In this document: one piece after another, positions 10,010 through 19,640 of the stretch
Position numbering within the stretch: position 1 is the first letter of the stretch
How the letters are laid out: each line of letters opens with the position of its first letter
Source: Candidatus Margulisiibacteriota bacterium
GTDB lineage: Bacteria; Margulisbacteria; Marinamargulisbacteria; JBFWNS01
Length of the DNA stretch: 64,000 bases
Assembly (NCBI GenBank): GCA_050250935.1
Contig: JBFWNS010000007.1
Location: forward strand, 63,569-127,568
Direction: 5' to 3'
Notes under the pieces: model-generated
The model's database searches: none
The model's input: the letters and a program-made list of their open reading frames with translations, nothing else
Told to the model about the DNA's origin: nothing
Made by a program: the position numbers and the translations under genes

Positions 10010-10863
10010 GGTCTTCTATCAACCCACAAAACCCGGTCTAATCCTTGGTTGTCCTGGACGAATCCGTGCTCAAAGTGGGGATAGTGGCCTAATAGTTGGA
10101 TTAGGGGGGCTTTTTGCGCGAATCCTATTTCGAAAACCGCCATCCAAGGGGTTTGAAAAGTGGCGAGGACCTCAAGGCTTTTTTTGTAAAACAATAACCC
10201 GTCTTTTCCACCGTACAAGGCTTTTTGGGGCTCGAATTGGGCGACATCTTGGGCTAAGGCAGGGTCGCCTGGGGCTATATAGGGGGGGTTCGATACAAAC
10301 AAAGTGGGCCCTTCGCACAACGGTTCCCAAAGGGTTTGGGCCTTAAAAAAATCCCCTTTAAAAAAAGTTGCATTCGAGACCTGGTGCCGGGACTTGTTTT
10401 CCAAGGCTGTTTGGTGGGCTTTGACGCTGATGTCCCACCCCCACACCGCGGCTGTGGGGAAGGCCAGGGCCAATTCGAGGCTGATAATCCCTGTGCCATA
10501 GCCCAATTCGATGCAAGAAAAGGACTGGGTTGTCCATCCCATTTCGTTGATTTTCGCAATGGCCGTTTCCACCACGATTTCGGTGTCGGCCCTGGGGATT
10601 AAAACCCCGGGTTGAACCGCATAGAGTCGTTCTCGAAACGGGGCTTCTTTTAGGATATAAGCCAAAGGATAGCCGGTTTGGCGCCGCCGAATGGCGGTTT
10701 TGAAGGCCCGAACCGCAGTCGGCTGCAATGGGGTTTGTAGGCTTTGGAGCAACTGAATTTTGGAAAGGCCAGTTCGGTGCTCCAAAATCCACCAGGCTTC
10801 TGGGGTTGAAAGGGTGCCGGTTTGGGTGGCCCAGTGAATCAGGGCCCCGGGCGAGGTTGACAG
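10006..10863 (-). CDS. prmC: Release factor glutamine methyltransferase
   Basis: GYPLAYI, VLIPRADTE, ELGYGTG, SNPPYI, FEP..ALYGG.DGL, FEIG. The N-terminal domain extends past the annotated TTG (10785) to a CTG at 10863 just after the prfA stop. Start uncertain. Confidence 0.92.
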   Translation of the reverse strand: MSTSPGALIHWATQTGTLSTPEAWWILEHRTGLSKIQLLQSLQTPLQPTAVRAFKTAIRRRQTGYPLAYILKEAPFRERLYAVQPGVLIPRADTEIVVETAIAKINEMGWTTQSFSCIELGYGTGIISLELALAFPTAAVWGWDISVKAHQTALENKSRHQVSNATFFKGDFFKAQTLWEPLCEGPTLFVSNPPYIAPGDPALAQDVAQFEPQKALYGGKDGLLFYKKSLEVLATFQTPWMAVFEIGFAQKAPLIQLLGHYPHFEHGFVQDNQGLDRVLWVDRRP

Positions 10864-10866
10864 GGT

Positions 10867-11922
10867 CTAGCCCTCTTTCATTTTTTCAACGCGGTCAGCA
10901 GAGATGAGGGCATCGAGCAGCTCATCCATTTTTCCATCCAAAAAATCGGTAAGGTTGTACAAAGATACATTGATCCGGTGGTCCGTAACCCGGTTTTGTG
11001 GGTAATTGTAGGTGCGAATTTTTTCGGAACGGTCCCCGCTGCCAACCAGGCTTTTGCGCAGGGCTGTTTCTTCTTTGCGCAGGGCTTCTTGTTGGGCATC
11101 GTAAATGCGGGCCCGCAACAAGCGCATGGCTTTTTCCCGGTTTTGGAACTGAGAGCGTTCGTCTTGGCAGGCCACCACAACCCCTGTGGGTTCGTGGGTG
11201 AGTCGAACCGCAGAACTGGTCTTGTTGACGTGCTGCCCCCCAGCTCCCGAGGCGCGAAACACGTCCATGCGAATATCGGCGGGGTTAATGTCCACATCCA
11301 CTTCTTCGGCTTCGGGCATAATGGCTACCGTTGCTGCCGAGGTGTGTACCCGGCCCGAGGCTTCGGTTTCGGGAACCCGTTGAACCCGGTGGGCCCCGCT
11401 TTCAAATTTTAAGCGGCTGTAAACCCCTCGCCCAGACACCACAAAAGAAATTTCTTTAAGGCCACCCAGGCCGGTGCTGTTTTCGGATAAGACCTCGATT
11501 TTCCAGCCCTTTAGCTCGGAATAGCGGGTGTACATGCGGAATAATTCAGCGCCAAACAGGGCAGCTTCTTCGCCCCCAGTGCCAGACCGAATTTCCACGA
11601 TGGCATTTTTGTTGTCGTTGGGGTCTGCAGGGATTAAGAACAGTTGAAGGTCTTGCTGAACCCTTTCGAACTCGGCCTGAAGGTTTTTGAGTTCCTCTTG
11701 GGCCATGTCTTTCATTTCGGGATCTTTAAGCAGATCTTCGGTGGTTTTGAGTTCGGATTCTAGTTTTTTATACCGTTGATAGCCCGCAATGCCGTCTTTA
11801 AGCTCGGCATGGTGTTTGGTAATGTCTTGGTAAAGGGCAAAATTGGCGATGACTTCGGGATCGCTCATTTTGCGTTCAAGCTCAAGAAAGGTATCTTCGA
11901 GTTGTTGAAATTTGTCGTGCAT
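10867..11922 (-). CDS. prfA: Peptide chain release factor 1
   Basis: GAGGQHVN, RF1-type PxT (RVPETE), IRTYNYPQNRVTDHR. Confidence 0.98.
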   Translation of the reverse strand: MHDKFQQLEDTFLELERKMSDPEVIANFALYQDITKHHAELKDGIAGYQRYKKLESELKTTEDLLKDPEMKDMAQEELKNLQAEFERVQQDLQLFLIPADPNDNKNAIVEIRSGTGGEEAALFGAELFRMYTRYSELKGWKIEVLSENSTGLGGLKEISFVVSGRGVYSRLKFESGAHRVQRVPETEASGRVHTSAATVAIMPEAEEVDVDINPADIRMDVFRASGAGGQHVNKTSSAVRLTHEPTGVVVACQDERSQFQNREKAMRLLRARIYDAQQEALRKEETALRKSLVGSGDRSEKIRTYNYPQNRVTDHRINVSLYNLTDFLDGKMDELLDALISADRVEKMKEG

Positions 11923-11976
11923 GTGGAATAAAGCCTGACTCTTTTAGGCGAAAAGCGCCAAAATCAAGCTCGAACC

Positions 11977-12225
11977 TTATTTGGACAAATTGTATTTTTT
12001 GCGGAATTTTTCCACGCGACCTTCAGTGTCCATAATTCTGGCTTCACCGGTGAAGAAGGGGTGGCAGTTCGAGCAAATGTCTACACGAATGGTGTCTTTG
12101 GTAGACCCAGCGGCAAATTCTGCACCGCAGGCACAAGACACAGTAATGGAGTGGTAAGGCATGTCTTTGGTGTTTGCCAAGGTCAAGCCTTTTTTCTTTT
12201 TTTCGGTTTTAGGGGCAGTGGCCAT
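11977..12225 (-). CDS. rpmE: 50S ribosomal protein L31 (Zn-binding type)
   Basis: CACG...[12 protein letters not shown]...[11 protein letters not shown]. Confidence 0.95.
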   Translation of the reverse strand: MATAPKTEKKKKGLTLANTKDMPYHSITVSCACGAEFAAGSTKDTIRVDICSNCHPFFTGEARIMDTEGRVEKFRKKYNLSK

Positions 12226-12276
12226 TTGAATATCCTTGAAAGAGAGCTGTCCCTACATTCGGTAGGGCGGATGTCA

Positions 12277-12306
12277 AGTTTACTGAAGTGGAGGGGCCAT
12301 TGTCAA
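12277..12306 (-). promoter_or_regulatory. Sigma70-type promoter for rpmE-prfA-prmC
   Basis: TTGACA (12306-12301), 18 nt spacer, TAAACT (12282-12277) on the minus strand. Confidence 0.6.
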
Positions 12307-13115
12307 TTGCCCTCGAGAGCGGTTCGAAGCTGATCCCCGATTAATGTCAGGCTCAGAACCGTTAAGGTGATAAACAACCCTGGACCAAAAACCATCCACG
12401 GTGCGCTATAGAGTTGTGCCAGGCTGTTTTCCAACATATTGCCCCAGGAAGCTTGGGGGGGTTGGACACCCAGTCCCAAAAAACTCAAAACCGATTCGGA
12501 CAAAATAGCGTGGCTCATGCCCAAGGTAGCGGCCACAATCACAGGGTTAATGGCCAGGGGCAGAATGTGTCGGATCATCAGCCTGAATTCTGAAATCCCC
12601 CGGGCTCTGGCAGCGGTGATAAATAAGCGTTCTTTTAAACTCAGGACCTCGGCGCGGGCGAAGCGGGCAATGCCCATCCAGCCGGTCAGGCCAATCACAC
12701 AAACCACGGTGATTAAACTGGGTTTAAAAAAACTTTGAAGCACCAGGATCAAAAAAATGCCTGGAATGGCCATGACCAATTCTGTAAAACGCATTAAACA
12801 TTTGTCTGTCCAGCCGCCAAAAAAACCAGAGGCTGCTCCCACAGTCACCCCAATCGAAAGGGATAATACAACGGCAATACAGGCCACAGACAAGGACACC
12901 CGGGCCCCATACAACAAGCGAATCAAAATATCTCGGCCCAAATCGTCGGTGCCCAGCACATGGGGGAATCCAGGGGGCAGTGGAATTGCGGCCAAATTTG
13001 GGTTGAAGGTATTGGGATCAAAAGGCAAAAAACCAACGCCCACCGCCGCAATGGCTAGCAGGGCCAAAAAACCGAGGGCCAGTCGGGTCAGAAGGGGAAA
13101 TCGGCTCATGGACAT
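12303..13115 (-). CDS. Peptide ABC transporter permease (OppC/DppC family)
   Basis: HVLGTDDLGRD, YGARVSL, EAA-like FITAARARG, ESVLSFLGLGVQPPQASWG. Start 13109-13145 uncertain. Confidence 0.92.
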   Translation of the reverse strand: MSMSRFPLLTRLALGFLALLAIAAVGVGFLPFDPNTFNPNLAAIPLPPGFPHVLGTDDLGRDILIRLLYGARVSLSVACIAVVLSLSIGVTVGAASGFFGGWTDKCLMRFTELVMAIPGIFLILVLQSFFKPSLITVVCVIGLTGWMGIARFARAEVLSLKERLFITAARARGISEFRLMIRHILPLAINPVIVAATLGMSHAILSESVLSFLGLGVQPPQASWGNMLENSLAQLYSAPWMVFGPGLFITLTVLSLTLIGDQLRTALEGN

Positions 13116-13199
13116 TACCATAAACGGCTGGGTGCATCGTGGCAATACATTCCTGTTTTACAGGGGGGCAAGCTTTACGGTATAGTGTGGGCCACTTGT

Positions 13200-13276
13200 C
13201 GGGGCGTAGCGCAGCCTGGTAGCGCACCTGTTTTGGGAACAGGGGGCCGTAGGTTCAAATCCTATCGCCCCGACCA
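13200..13276 (+). tRNA. tRNA-Pro(UGG)
   Basis: CGGGGCG acceptor stem, anticodon arm CCTGT-TTTGGGA-ACAGG, GGTTCAAAT T-loop, encoded CCA. Confidence 0.97.
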
Positions 13277-13353
13277 TTTCCAAAAAATTTGGCTGTATTA
13301 AAAATTAAAACAAAAACGACGGGGTATAAACAAAAACGGCGAGCGTTTTTGTA

Positions 13354-13498
13354 TCGGGAAGCCGAAGCAAGTTCGACTTTCCTCCCCGCAGGGGCCAAAA
13401 GGACTTTGTACAAAAAAGACAAATCAGGCCGAAGGCCCAGCGCTAGCGTGAGGGGGAGGCTCAGGCGAACTTGCTTCGACTGAGGGGGCGACGCTAGC
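13354..13498. repeat. Inverted pair of hairpin repeats downstream of tRNA-Pro
   Basis: CGAAGCAAGTTCG (13363-13375) and its reverse complement CGAACTTGCTTCG (13466-13478). Each lies within its own hairpin. Confidence 0.75.
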
Positions 13499-13631
13499 CC
13501 CTTAAAACAAGCCCCTTATGAAATAACTCAAAAAATCAATACATGATATTTTGAGATTTTGTCGTTTATTAGGGTATAAAACAAGGCTGGAAAGTGCAGC
13601 CACAACTTGTCCCATAAAGAGGTGAACACCC

Positions 13632-13904
13632 ATGGAATTTGACCTGAACGCCATTAATCCGATCCAATCTTCTTATGTTCCAGCTTCGAAGCCCGAAGTT
13701 GAAGATAAGTCTGAAAAAGATGGTCTTTTTAAGCAAGAAGACTCTCATTTTCAAAAAGAACTTAAAGACATTTATGCGCTGATTAATCAGCATTGGGAAG
13801 AAGAGCAAAAAGAAGCTTCAAAACGGGCTGAAAAAGACGGTCCAAAAGCTTCGGGTCTTGATGGTTTTAGATCACCAGGCCTCAGAAATGACTGGGGCGC
13901 CTAA
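13632..13904 (+). CDS. Hypothetical protein (90 aa, charged)
   Basis: GAGGTG RBS before the ATG. Fills the intergenic space. No recognised motif. Confidence 0.7.
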   Translation: MEFDLNAINPIQSSYVPASKPEVEDKSEKDGLFKQEDSHFQKELKDIYALINQHWEEEQKEASKRAEKDGPKASGLDGFRSPGLRNDWGA

Positions 13905-13936
13905 AGCGCTGAGGTCTCAAAAGGGGTTGTTGGTTT

Positions 13937-15163
13937 ATGCGTAAGCCATTGCTGTTGATTGTCGAAGGGGTTCAGCGAGAGCTGGATCGGCTTTTTGACG
14001 TCTTGTCGAAGCACTACGAGGTGATGACGGCCAGCACTGGGCAAATGGCGGCTTCTGTTTTTGCCCAGTATCACCTGAAAATCCGAATTGTTTTGATTGG
14101 CACTGGGTTTCCCGATACCGATAGTTTGACCTTGTTGACCCGGTTGCGGGAAATTAGTGTGTTGCCGGAACTGATTATGTTGTCGGACAGCGGAGATATT
14201 TCCTCGGCTGTGAATGCCATTAAGTTGGGGGCCTACGATTATTTGGCCAAACCCTACAAAGAATCGGCGCTGCTCCTGATTATTGAAAGAACCCTCGAAA
14301 ACCACGAAATCATCAAAAAATTTGAAGAGTTTTCTAAGAAACTCCCAGGCGATGCCCGAGAGTTTGATCGGCGGTTGATTGTGTCTCAGTCTTTGATTGC
14401 AGAGCGGCGCAGTGCCGGGCACCATGTTTCTGCCGAGGAAATTTTGTCGATTTTGTCCCCGGAAGCCACGGCGGAAAGCCCCAACATCGATGCGATACGG
14501 TCTGAAATCCAAGGGGTTTTGGATTGCGAAAAAGCCAAGATTCTGGTGGTTGAGGATGAAGATGTGTATCGGTCCATGATTGTTGGGTTTATTGAAAACC
14601 GCTATGGCTTTTTTGCCAGTGGAACCGGGTCTGGTGCTTTGTCGTTGCTGAAAGAAAATCCCGATATCGATATTGTGCTTTTGGACATCTTTTTGCCCGA
14701 TATTAATGGGGTTGATTTGCTTCCTTTGATTAAAAGTGCCTGTCCAGGGGTGGATGTTATTGTGATTACTTCGTACGAATCGGTGGATATTGCGGTGGAA
14801 ACCATGCGAAAAGGGGCCAGCGACTATTTGAACAAGCCCTTTTTGAAAATGGATATTCTGTCCACCATCTCCAAAACCCTTCAGCGCAAGCAATTGCAGA
14901 AGGTGTTGCCGGCCCTGAGCAAGCGGGTGATGGCCGAAACGGTTTCGGATCGGTCGAAATTGGATTTGTTGTTGACGGCCTGTCAAACTAAAAAACGATC
15001 GGGGCGGGCCATTATTATGGGCGATGTTTATCATTATTTCCCCGAGCTTCGAGACACGTTTATGCCCGATGCTGTGGTTTTGCCAGAAGCCATTGTGAAT
15101 GGGGATTTGGGTGTTTTTATTGAAGAGTTGCGCCAGAAAATGTCTAAATTTTCTGCGTCCTAG
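13937..15163 (+). CDS. Response regulator with two receiver domains
   Basis: REC1 (LLIVEG...GAYDYLAKPY) and REC2 (VVEDED, VLLDIFLPD, ITS, GASDYLNKPF). Confidence 0.88.
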   Translation: MRKPLLLIVEGVQRELDRLFDVLSKHYEVMTASTGQMAASVFAQYHLKIRIVLIGTGFPDTDSLTLLTRLREISVLPELIMLSDSGDISSAVNAIKLGAYDYLAKPYKESALLLIIERTLENHEIIKKFEEFSKKLPGDAREFDRRLIVSQSLIAERRSAGHHVSAEEILSILSPEATAESPNIDAIRSEIQGVLDCEKAKILVVEDEDVYRSMIVGFIENRYGFFASGTGSGALSLLKENPDIDIVLLDIFLPDINGVDLLPLIKSACPGVDVIVITSYESVDIAVETMRKGASDYLNKPFLKMDILSTISKTLQRKQLQKVLPALSKRVMAETVSDRSKLDLLLTACQTKKRSGRAIIMGDVYHYFPELRDTFMPDAVVLPEAIVNGDLGVFIEELRQKMSKFSAS

Positions 15164-15168
15164 TTTTG

Positions 15169-16203
15169 TTATAGGAAATGGCGCATCAGCCAGGCCAGGG
15201 TTCCGGATCGGAATTTGGGGACCAGCAAGATAGACGCGATTAACCCCAGGGAAATACCCAATAGACCAAATGCATAAGGCGGTTCTAGAAATGAAACGAA
15301 TACCGCCAATAACCCCAGCACCATACAGGTGAAATAGACAAAAATGGCGGCTTGGCGTTGGGTCATTCCAGCTTGGAGCAGTCGGTGGTGAATGTGGCCT
15401 TTGTCTGGAGAAAAAATGCCTTGTTTGTTTTTTAAGCGTCGAACGATGGCAAAGAGGGTATCAAAAATGGGAACCCCCAAGATGATCAGGGGCAAAAAAA
15501 AGCCGGTGGGCAGATCGGTTTTAAGCACACCCATCATGGCCGAACATGCCAAGGCATAGCCCAAAAACATCGATCCGGTATCGCCCATAAAAATTTGGGC
15601 AGGGGCAAAGTTGTAGCGAAGAAATCCCAGGGTTGCGCCCAACAAGGCCACTGATAAAAACGCCACATTAAATTGAATGTGTTCAACCGCCAATACGGCT
15701 AAAAAACAGGTGCCAATGGCGGCAATGCCGGTGGCCAGGCCATCCATGCCATCGATCAGGTTCATGGTGTTAATCAAGCCCACAACCCAAATGACGGTGA
15801 CGGGAAGACTGAGTTTGCCAAGGGCCAAAACGGGTCCCCAGGGCAGAACCAGATAGGTGATGCCTACCCCCAAAAAATAGGTAAAAACGGCAACCCCAAT
15901 TTGCCCGAGCAGCTTCCAACTGGCCTTGATGGCAAACCGGTCGTCCACCACCCCCAAAACAATCAAAAAGCCGGACCCCACCAAAATGCCAATCAGGGGC
16001 GCATTTAGCGGTGCTTGCCACAACAACGAGGCTAGAAATCCCAGATAAATGGCGATGCCCCCCAAATAGGGAATGGGGGCTTTGTGAATTTTACGTTCGC
16101 CTGGGGCATCCACTATGCCGGTGTGCAGGGCCAACTGTTTGGCGGCTGGGGTTAGCCAACGGGTGATCAAAAATGCGACAATGAACACCCAAAAAAAGGT
16201 CAT
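15169..16203 (-). CDS. Undecaprenyl-phosphate GlcNAc-1-P transferase (WecA/TagO, MraY-like family)
   Basis: RKIH..PIPYLGG, GVVDD, NTMNLIDGMDGL, IFMGDTGS, DKGHIHHRL. Confidence 0.93.
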   Translation of the reverse strand: MTFFWVFIVAFLITRWLTPAAKQLALHTGIVDAPGERKIHKAPIPYLGGIAIYLGFLASLLWQAPLNAPLIGILVGSGFLIVLGVVDDRFAIKASWKLLGQIGVAVFTYFLGVGITYLVLPWGPVLALGKLSLPVTVIWVVGLINTMNLIDGMDGLATGIAAIGTCFLAVLAVEHIQFNVAFLSVALLGATLGFLRYNFAPAQIFMGDTGSMFLGYALACSAMMGVLKTDLPTGFFLPLIILGVPIFDTLFAIVRRLKNKQGIFSPDKGHIHHRLLQAGMTQRQAAIFVYFTCMVLGLLAVFVSFLEPPYAFGLLGISLGLIASILLVPKFRSGTLAWLMRHFL

Positions 16204-16214
16204 GACAAAGGGGT

Positions 16215-17462
16215 TCACTGGTCGTATCCGCCGCGGGTGTATTTGTTTCTGGGGTCCCAAAACAACCAGCTGGCAATGCCAGCGTCTTTGCAGGCTTGTT
16301 TTTGCAGGCGAATTTTTTGGGCATCGTAGGTGGCGCCCAAATTAAAATCTTGCAGCCAAGGGCGGAGCTTGGTTCGGGGATAGCCTGCCGCTTCCAGTCT
16401 GGCGCCACCACTGTTTAAAACTGCTTTTACAATTTCGTAGGGATGATCGGCAGGGTTTGCAAATTGGTTAAAGCCTGGTGGGTAATGCGACGGGTAGATC
16501 ATGGGGCAAATGACATCGAAATAGGGGGCAGCCGTTTCCAGAACTTGGCCAATGTTCAGATCGTCTCGGCTGGTTAAGACCATGCCAAATAAATCGGCCG
16601 ATATCGGAACGCCCAGGTCTTTGAGTTCCTCATGCAAATAGGCGAAAAAGTGCTTGAGGGCCTGCTGTTTTTTGCTTCGAAATACCTTTTGGGTAGCCGA
16701 AAGCGAGGCGGTGGTTGATTCTGAAGTGGTGTTTGAAGAGGCCAAAACCTCGACAATTTGGGGTTTGGTGATGGCCCCTGTTAGGGGAAAGGCCATGTCT
16801 TTCATGTTGCCGTCGGTAGGGAACCGAATGTAGTCGAAGTTCAGTTCATCGAAGCCTGCAGCTTCCGAGGCTTTGGCGATGCGGACAATGTGCTCCCAAA
16901 ACGGTTTGGCCGAAGGATCGATGTAGGAAAGGCCATGCTTGTCTTTCCAGGGTTGGCCAAAAGCTACAGATTGTACGGCCAAGTTGGGGTGCATTTTGGC
17001 ATAGGTTGGGTCTTGAAAAACGGTAATGCGGGCAATCACATAAATGTGGTTGTCGTGCAGGTGCTTAATAAAATCGCGAAGGTCTTTGATGCGAACTTCT
17101 TGATAGGCCTGAAGTTCTGGGTCTTGGGTGTCGAAAGAAAGGGTGCCCGAGTAGTCCTTTACATCGATGACCACCGCGTTGATTTCAGAGGTGTTGATAA
17201 ACGAGACCAATTGCTCTCGCCAGGGCTTTACCGATCCCACCCAGCTGGTCATGTAGATGGCTTTAACGGGGTTTGGCATGGGAATGTGGGTTTGTTTTGG
17301 CGCTGGGGGAAGTTGGGTTTCTGTGTTGGCTGTTGGGACAATGGGCGCAACAGAAGGCGTTTTTTGAAAGAGGGGTAATTTGGTGAAGGCGGCAATCAGG
17401 CCCACACCCACCAACAAGAACAAGGCAATCACCACAAGAAGGCGGGTTTGTTTGGTATGCAT
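16215..17462 (-). CDS. Putative glycoside hydrolase (DUF4015-like), N-terminally anchored
   Basis: N-terminal TM; KAIYMT, INAVVIDVKD, IARITVFQD, GFDELNFDYIRFP, PMIYPSHY, LRPWLQDF. Confidence 0.8.
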   Translation of the reverse strand: MHTKQTRLLVVIALFLLVGVGLIAAFTKLPLFQKTPSVAPIVPTANTETQLPPAPKQTHIPMPNPVKAIYMTSWVGSVKPWREQLVSFINTSEINAVVIDVKDYSGTLSFDTQDPELQAYQEVRIKDLRDFIKHLHDNHIYVIARITVFQDPTYAKMHPNLAVQSVAFGQPWKDKHGLSYIDPSAKPFWEHIVRIAKASEAAGFDELNFDYIRFPTDGNMKDMAFPLTGAITKPQIVEVLASSNTTSESTTASLSATQKVFRSKKQQALKHFFAYLHEELKDLGVPISADLFGMVLTSRDDLNIGQVLETAAPYFDVICPMIYPSHYPPGFNQFANPADHPYEIVKAVLNSGGARLEAAGYPRTKLRPWLQDFNLGATYDAQKIRLQKQACKDAGIASWLFWDPRNKYTRGGYDQ

Positions 17463-17479
17463 AAGGCGTCATTCTAGAT

Positions 17480-17513
17480 AAAAAAAAATCCCCCCGCAAG
17501 TGCGAGGGGATTT
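17480..17513 (-). terminator. Rho-independent terminator of groESL
   Basis: GC-rich stem (AATCCCCCCGC / GCGAGGGGATT) followed by a U-run on the minus strand. Confidence 0.75.
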
Positions 17514-17540
17514 GAAAAACAGCGGGGTGTGGCGTGGGGA

Positions 17541-19184
17541 CTAGTAGTCCATGCCGCCCATACCCCCCATGCCGGGAGCGCCAGCAGGAAGGTCTTTTTT
17601 CTCTTCGGGTTTGTCGGTGACCAACACGTTGGTGGTCAACAGCAAGCTGACGATAGAGGCTGCGTTTTGCAAGGCAGAGCGGGTGACTTTGGACGGATCC
17701 ACAACGCCTGCTTTGAAAAGGTCTTCGAATTTGCCGGTGCGGGCATTAAAGCCATGACCTGCTTTTTGGTTTTTCACTTCGTTGACGACAACAGAAGCTT
17801 CAACCCCAGAGTTTTCGGCGATGCGGCGCAAAGGCACTTCCAAAGCGCGGGCTACAATTTGCATGCCCAATTTGACGTCGCCTTCTTCTTTTTGAATGGC
17901 TTTTTCCAAGGAAGGCAAGAGGTGAATCAAGGCTGAACCACCACCGGCAACAATGCCTTCTTCAACCGCTGCTCGGGTGGCAGATAGGGCATCTTCCACG
18001 CGGAATTTGCGTTCTTTGAGTTCGGTTTCAGTGGCAGCGCCCACACGAATTACCGCAACACCGCCAGACAATTTGGCCAAGCGCTCTTGGAGCTTTTCTT
18101 TGTCGTAGGACGAATCGGTGTTTTCGATTTCGCGCTTAATTTCGGCCACGCGGGCTTTGATTTTAGCGGCAACACCTTTGCCTTGAACGATGGTGGTGTT
18201 GTCTTTGTCGGATTTTACTTTGGCGGCTTGGCCAAGCTGTTCCAGTTGGGCATTTTCTAGGGTCATGCCTTTTTCTTCGGAAATGACTTCTGCGCCGGTT
18301 AAAACGGCAATGTCTTCCAACATGGCTTTTCTGCGGTCGCCAAAACCTGGGGCTTTTACAACCAAGCAGTTGACGGTGCCACGCAATTTGTTAACCACGA
18401 TGGTGGCCAAGGCTTCGCCGTCGACGTCTTCTGCAATAATCACCAATCCACGGCCAGATTGAACCACTTTTTCCAAGATGGGCAACAAATCTTTAATGGC
18501 CGAGATTTTTTTGTCGGTGACCAAAATCAAGGCGTTGTCCATGGAGGCTTCCATGCGGTCGCGGTCGGTAATCATGTAAGGAGAGGCATAGCCTTTGTCG
18601 AATTGCATGCCTTCTACGGTATCGAGTTCCGTTTCCATGCCTTTGGATTCTTCAACGGTAATCACGCCGTCTTTGCCCACTTTGTCCATGGCATCGGCGA
18701 TGAGGTTTCCGATGGTTTCGTCGTTGTTGGCCGAAATCGAGGCGACTTGGGCAATGGCTTCTTTGGTTTTGAGGGGTTTGCTGTTGTCTTTAAGACCTTC
18801 AACAACCACTTTGACCGCTTTTTCAATTCCGCGTTTCAGCTGGATGGAATTGGCCCCAGCCACAACGTTTTTCAAGCCTTCTTTAAAGATAGCATGACCC
18901 AACACCGTGGCGGTGGTGGTGCCGTCGCCAGCAATGTCGTTGGTTTTGGAGGCGATTTCTTTTAACAATTGAGCGCCCATGTTTTCGAAGGGATCTTCCA
19001 ACTCGATTTCTTTGGCAATGGTGACCCCATCGTTGGTGATGGTGGGCGAACCCCATTTTTTGTCGAGAACCACGTTGTTTCCGTTAGGGCCTAGCGTGCT
19101 GCCAACGGCTTCCGCAACTTTGCGGATCCCAGCTTCAAGCGAACGCCAAGCGTCTTCAGAGTATTTTAATTGTTTTGCACCCAT
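17541..19184 (-). CDS. groL: Chaperonin GroEL
   Basis: [32 protein letters not shown]-terminal GGM repeats. Confidence 0.99.
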   Translation of the reverse strand: MGAKQLKYSEDAWRSLEAGIRKVAEAVGSTLGPNGNNVVLDKKWGSPTITNDGVTIAKEIELEDPFENMGAQLLKEIASKTNDIAGDGTTTATVLGHAIFKEGLKNVVAGANSIQLKRGIEKAVKVVVEGLKDNSKPLKTKEAIAQVASISANNDETIGNLIADAMDKVGKDGVITVEESKGMETELDTVEGMQFDKGYASPYMITDRDRMEASMDNALILVTDKKISAIKDLLPILEKVVQSGRGLVIIAEDVDGEALATIVVNKLRGTVNCLVVKAPGFGDRRKAMLEDIAVLTGAEVISEEKGMTLENAQLEQLGQAAKVKSDKDNTTIVQGKGVAAKIKARVAEIKREIENTDSSYDKEKLQERLAKLSGGVAVIRVGAATETELKERKFRVEDALSATRAAVEEGIVAGGGSALIHLLPSLEKAIQKEEGDVKLGMQIVARALEVPLRRIAENSGVEASVVVNEVKNQKAGHGFNARTGKFEDLFKAGVVDPSKVTRSALQNAASIVSLLLTTNVLVTDKPEEKKDLPAGAPGMGGMGGMDY

Positions 19185-19208
19185 GGGTTACAGACTCCTT
19201 TTGATGAA

Positions 19209-19508
19209 TTATTTGGTTTTAACAGCCAAGATGTCGCTTTCGCGAACGATCAAGTATTCGTTGCCATCGATTTTGATTTCTGTGCCGCCGTATTTGGCAT
19301 AAATCACAACGTCGCCGGCTTTAACATGAAGGGGAATAACCTTGCCTTCGTCGCTGGTTTTGCCAGGTCCTACGGCCAAAACAGTCCCGCTTTGGGGTTT
19401 TTCTTGGGCGGAATCAGGCAGTACGATTCCGGATTTAGTTTTTTGTTCAGCAGATTCAGGGGCGATAATCACCCGATCTCCTAGGGGTTTAAGATTAAGT
19501 TTGCTCAC
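19209..19508 (-). CDS. groS: Co-chaperonin GroES
   Basis: [36 protein letters not shown] before GTG. Confidence 0.99.
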   Translation of the reverse strand: MSKLNLKPLGDRVIIAPESAEQKTKSGIVLPDSAQEKPQSGTVLAVGPGKTSDEGKVIPLHVKAGDVVIYAKYGGTEIKIDGNEYLIVRESDILAVKTK

Positions 19509-19545
19509 TGAGTAAGCCTCCTTTCAGGCGGTTTGATGTGGAATT

Positions 19546-19572
19546 TTAGCACTCTTATTGGCAGAGTGCTAA
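19546..19572. promoter_or_regulatory. CIRCE element (HrcA operator)
   Basis: Perfect TTAGCACTC-N9-GAGTGCTAA upstream of groES. Confidence 0.97.
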
Positions 19573-19581
19573 TTTTCTCTA

Positions 19582-19632
19582 ATGGTAATGACAGAGGTTT
19601 TGGTTGTCAACAGTTTCAGCATCCTCTAGAAT
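19582..19632. promoter_or_regulatory. Back-to-back sigma70 promoters for groES (-) and tRNA-Leu (+)
   Basis: Minus strand: TTGACA(19610-19605)-17-TACCAT(19587-19582). Plus strand: TTGTCA(19604-19609)-17-TAGAAT(19627-19632). The -35 boxes overlap. Confidence 0.7.
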
Positions 19633-19640
19633 CTTGCTGT

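Noticed and set aside
13901..15034. 377-aa ORF on the minus strand
   Set aside because: Antisense shadow of the response regulator, with no motifs of its own.
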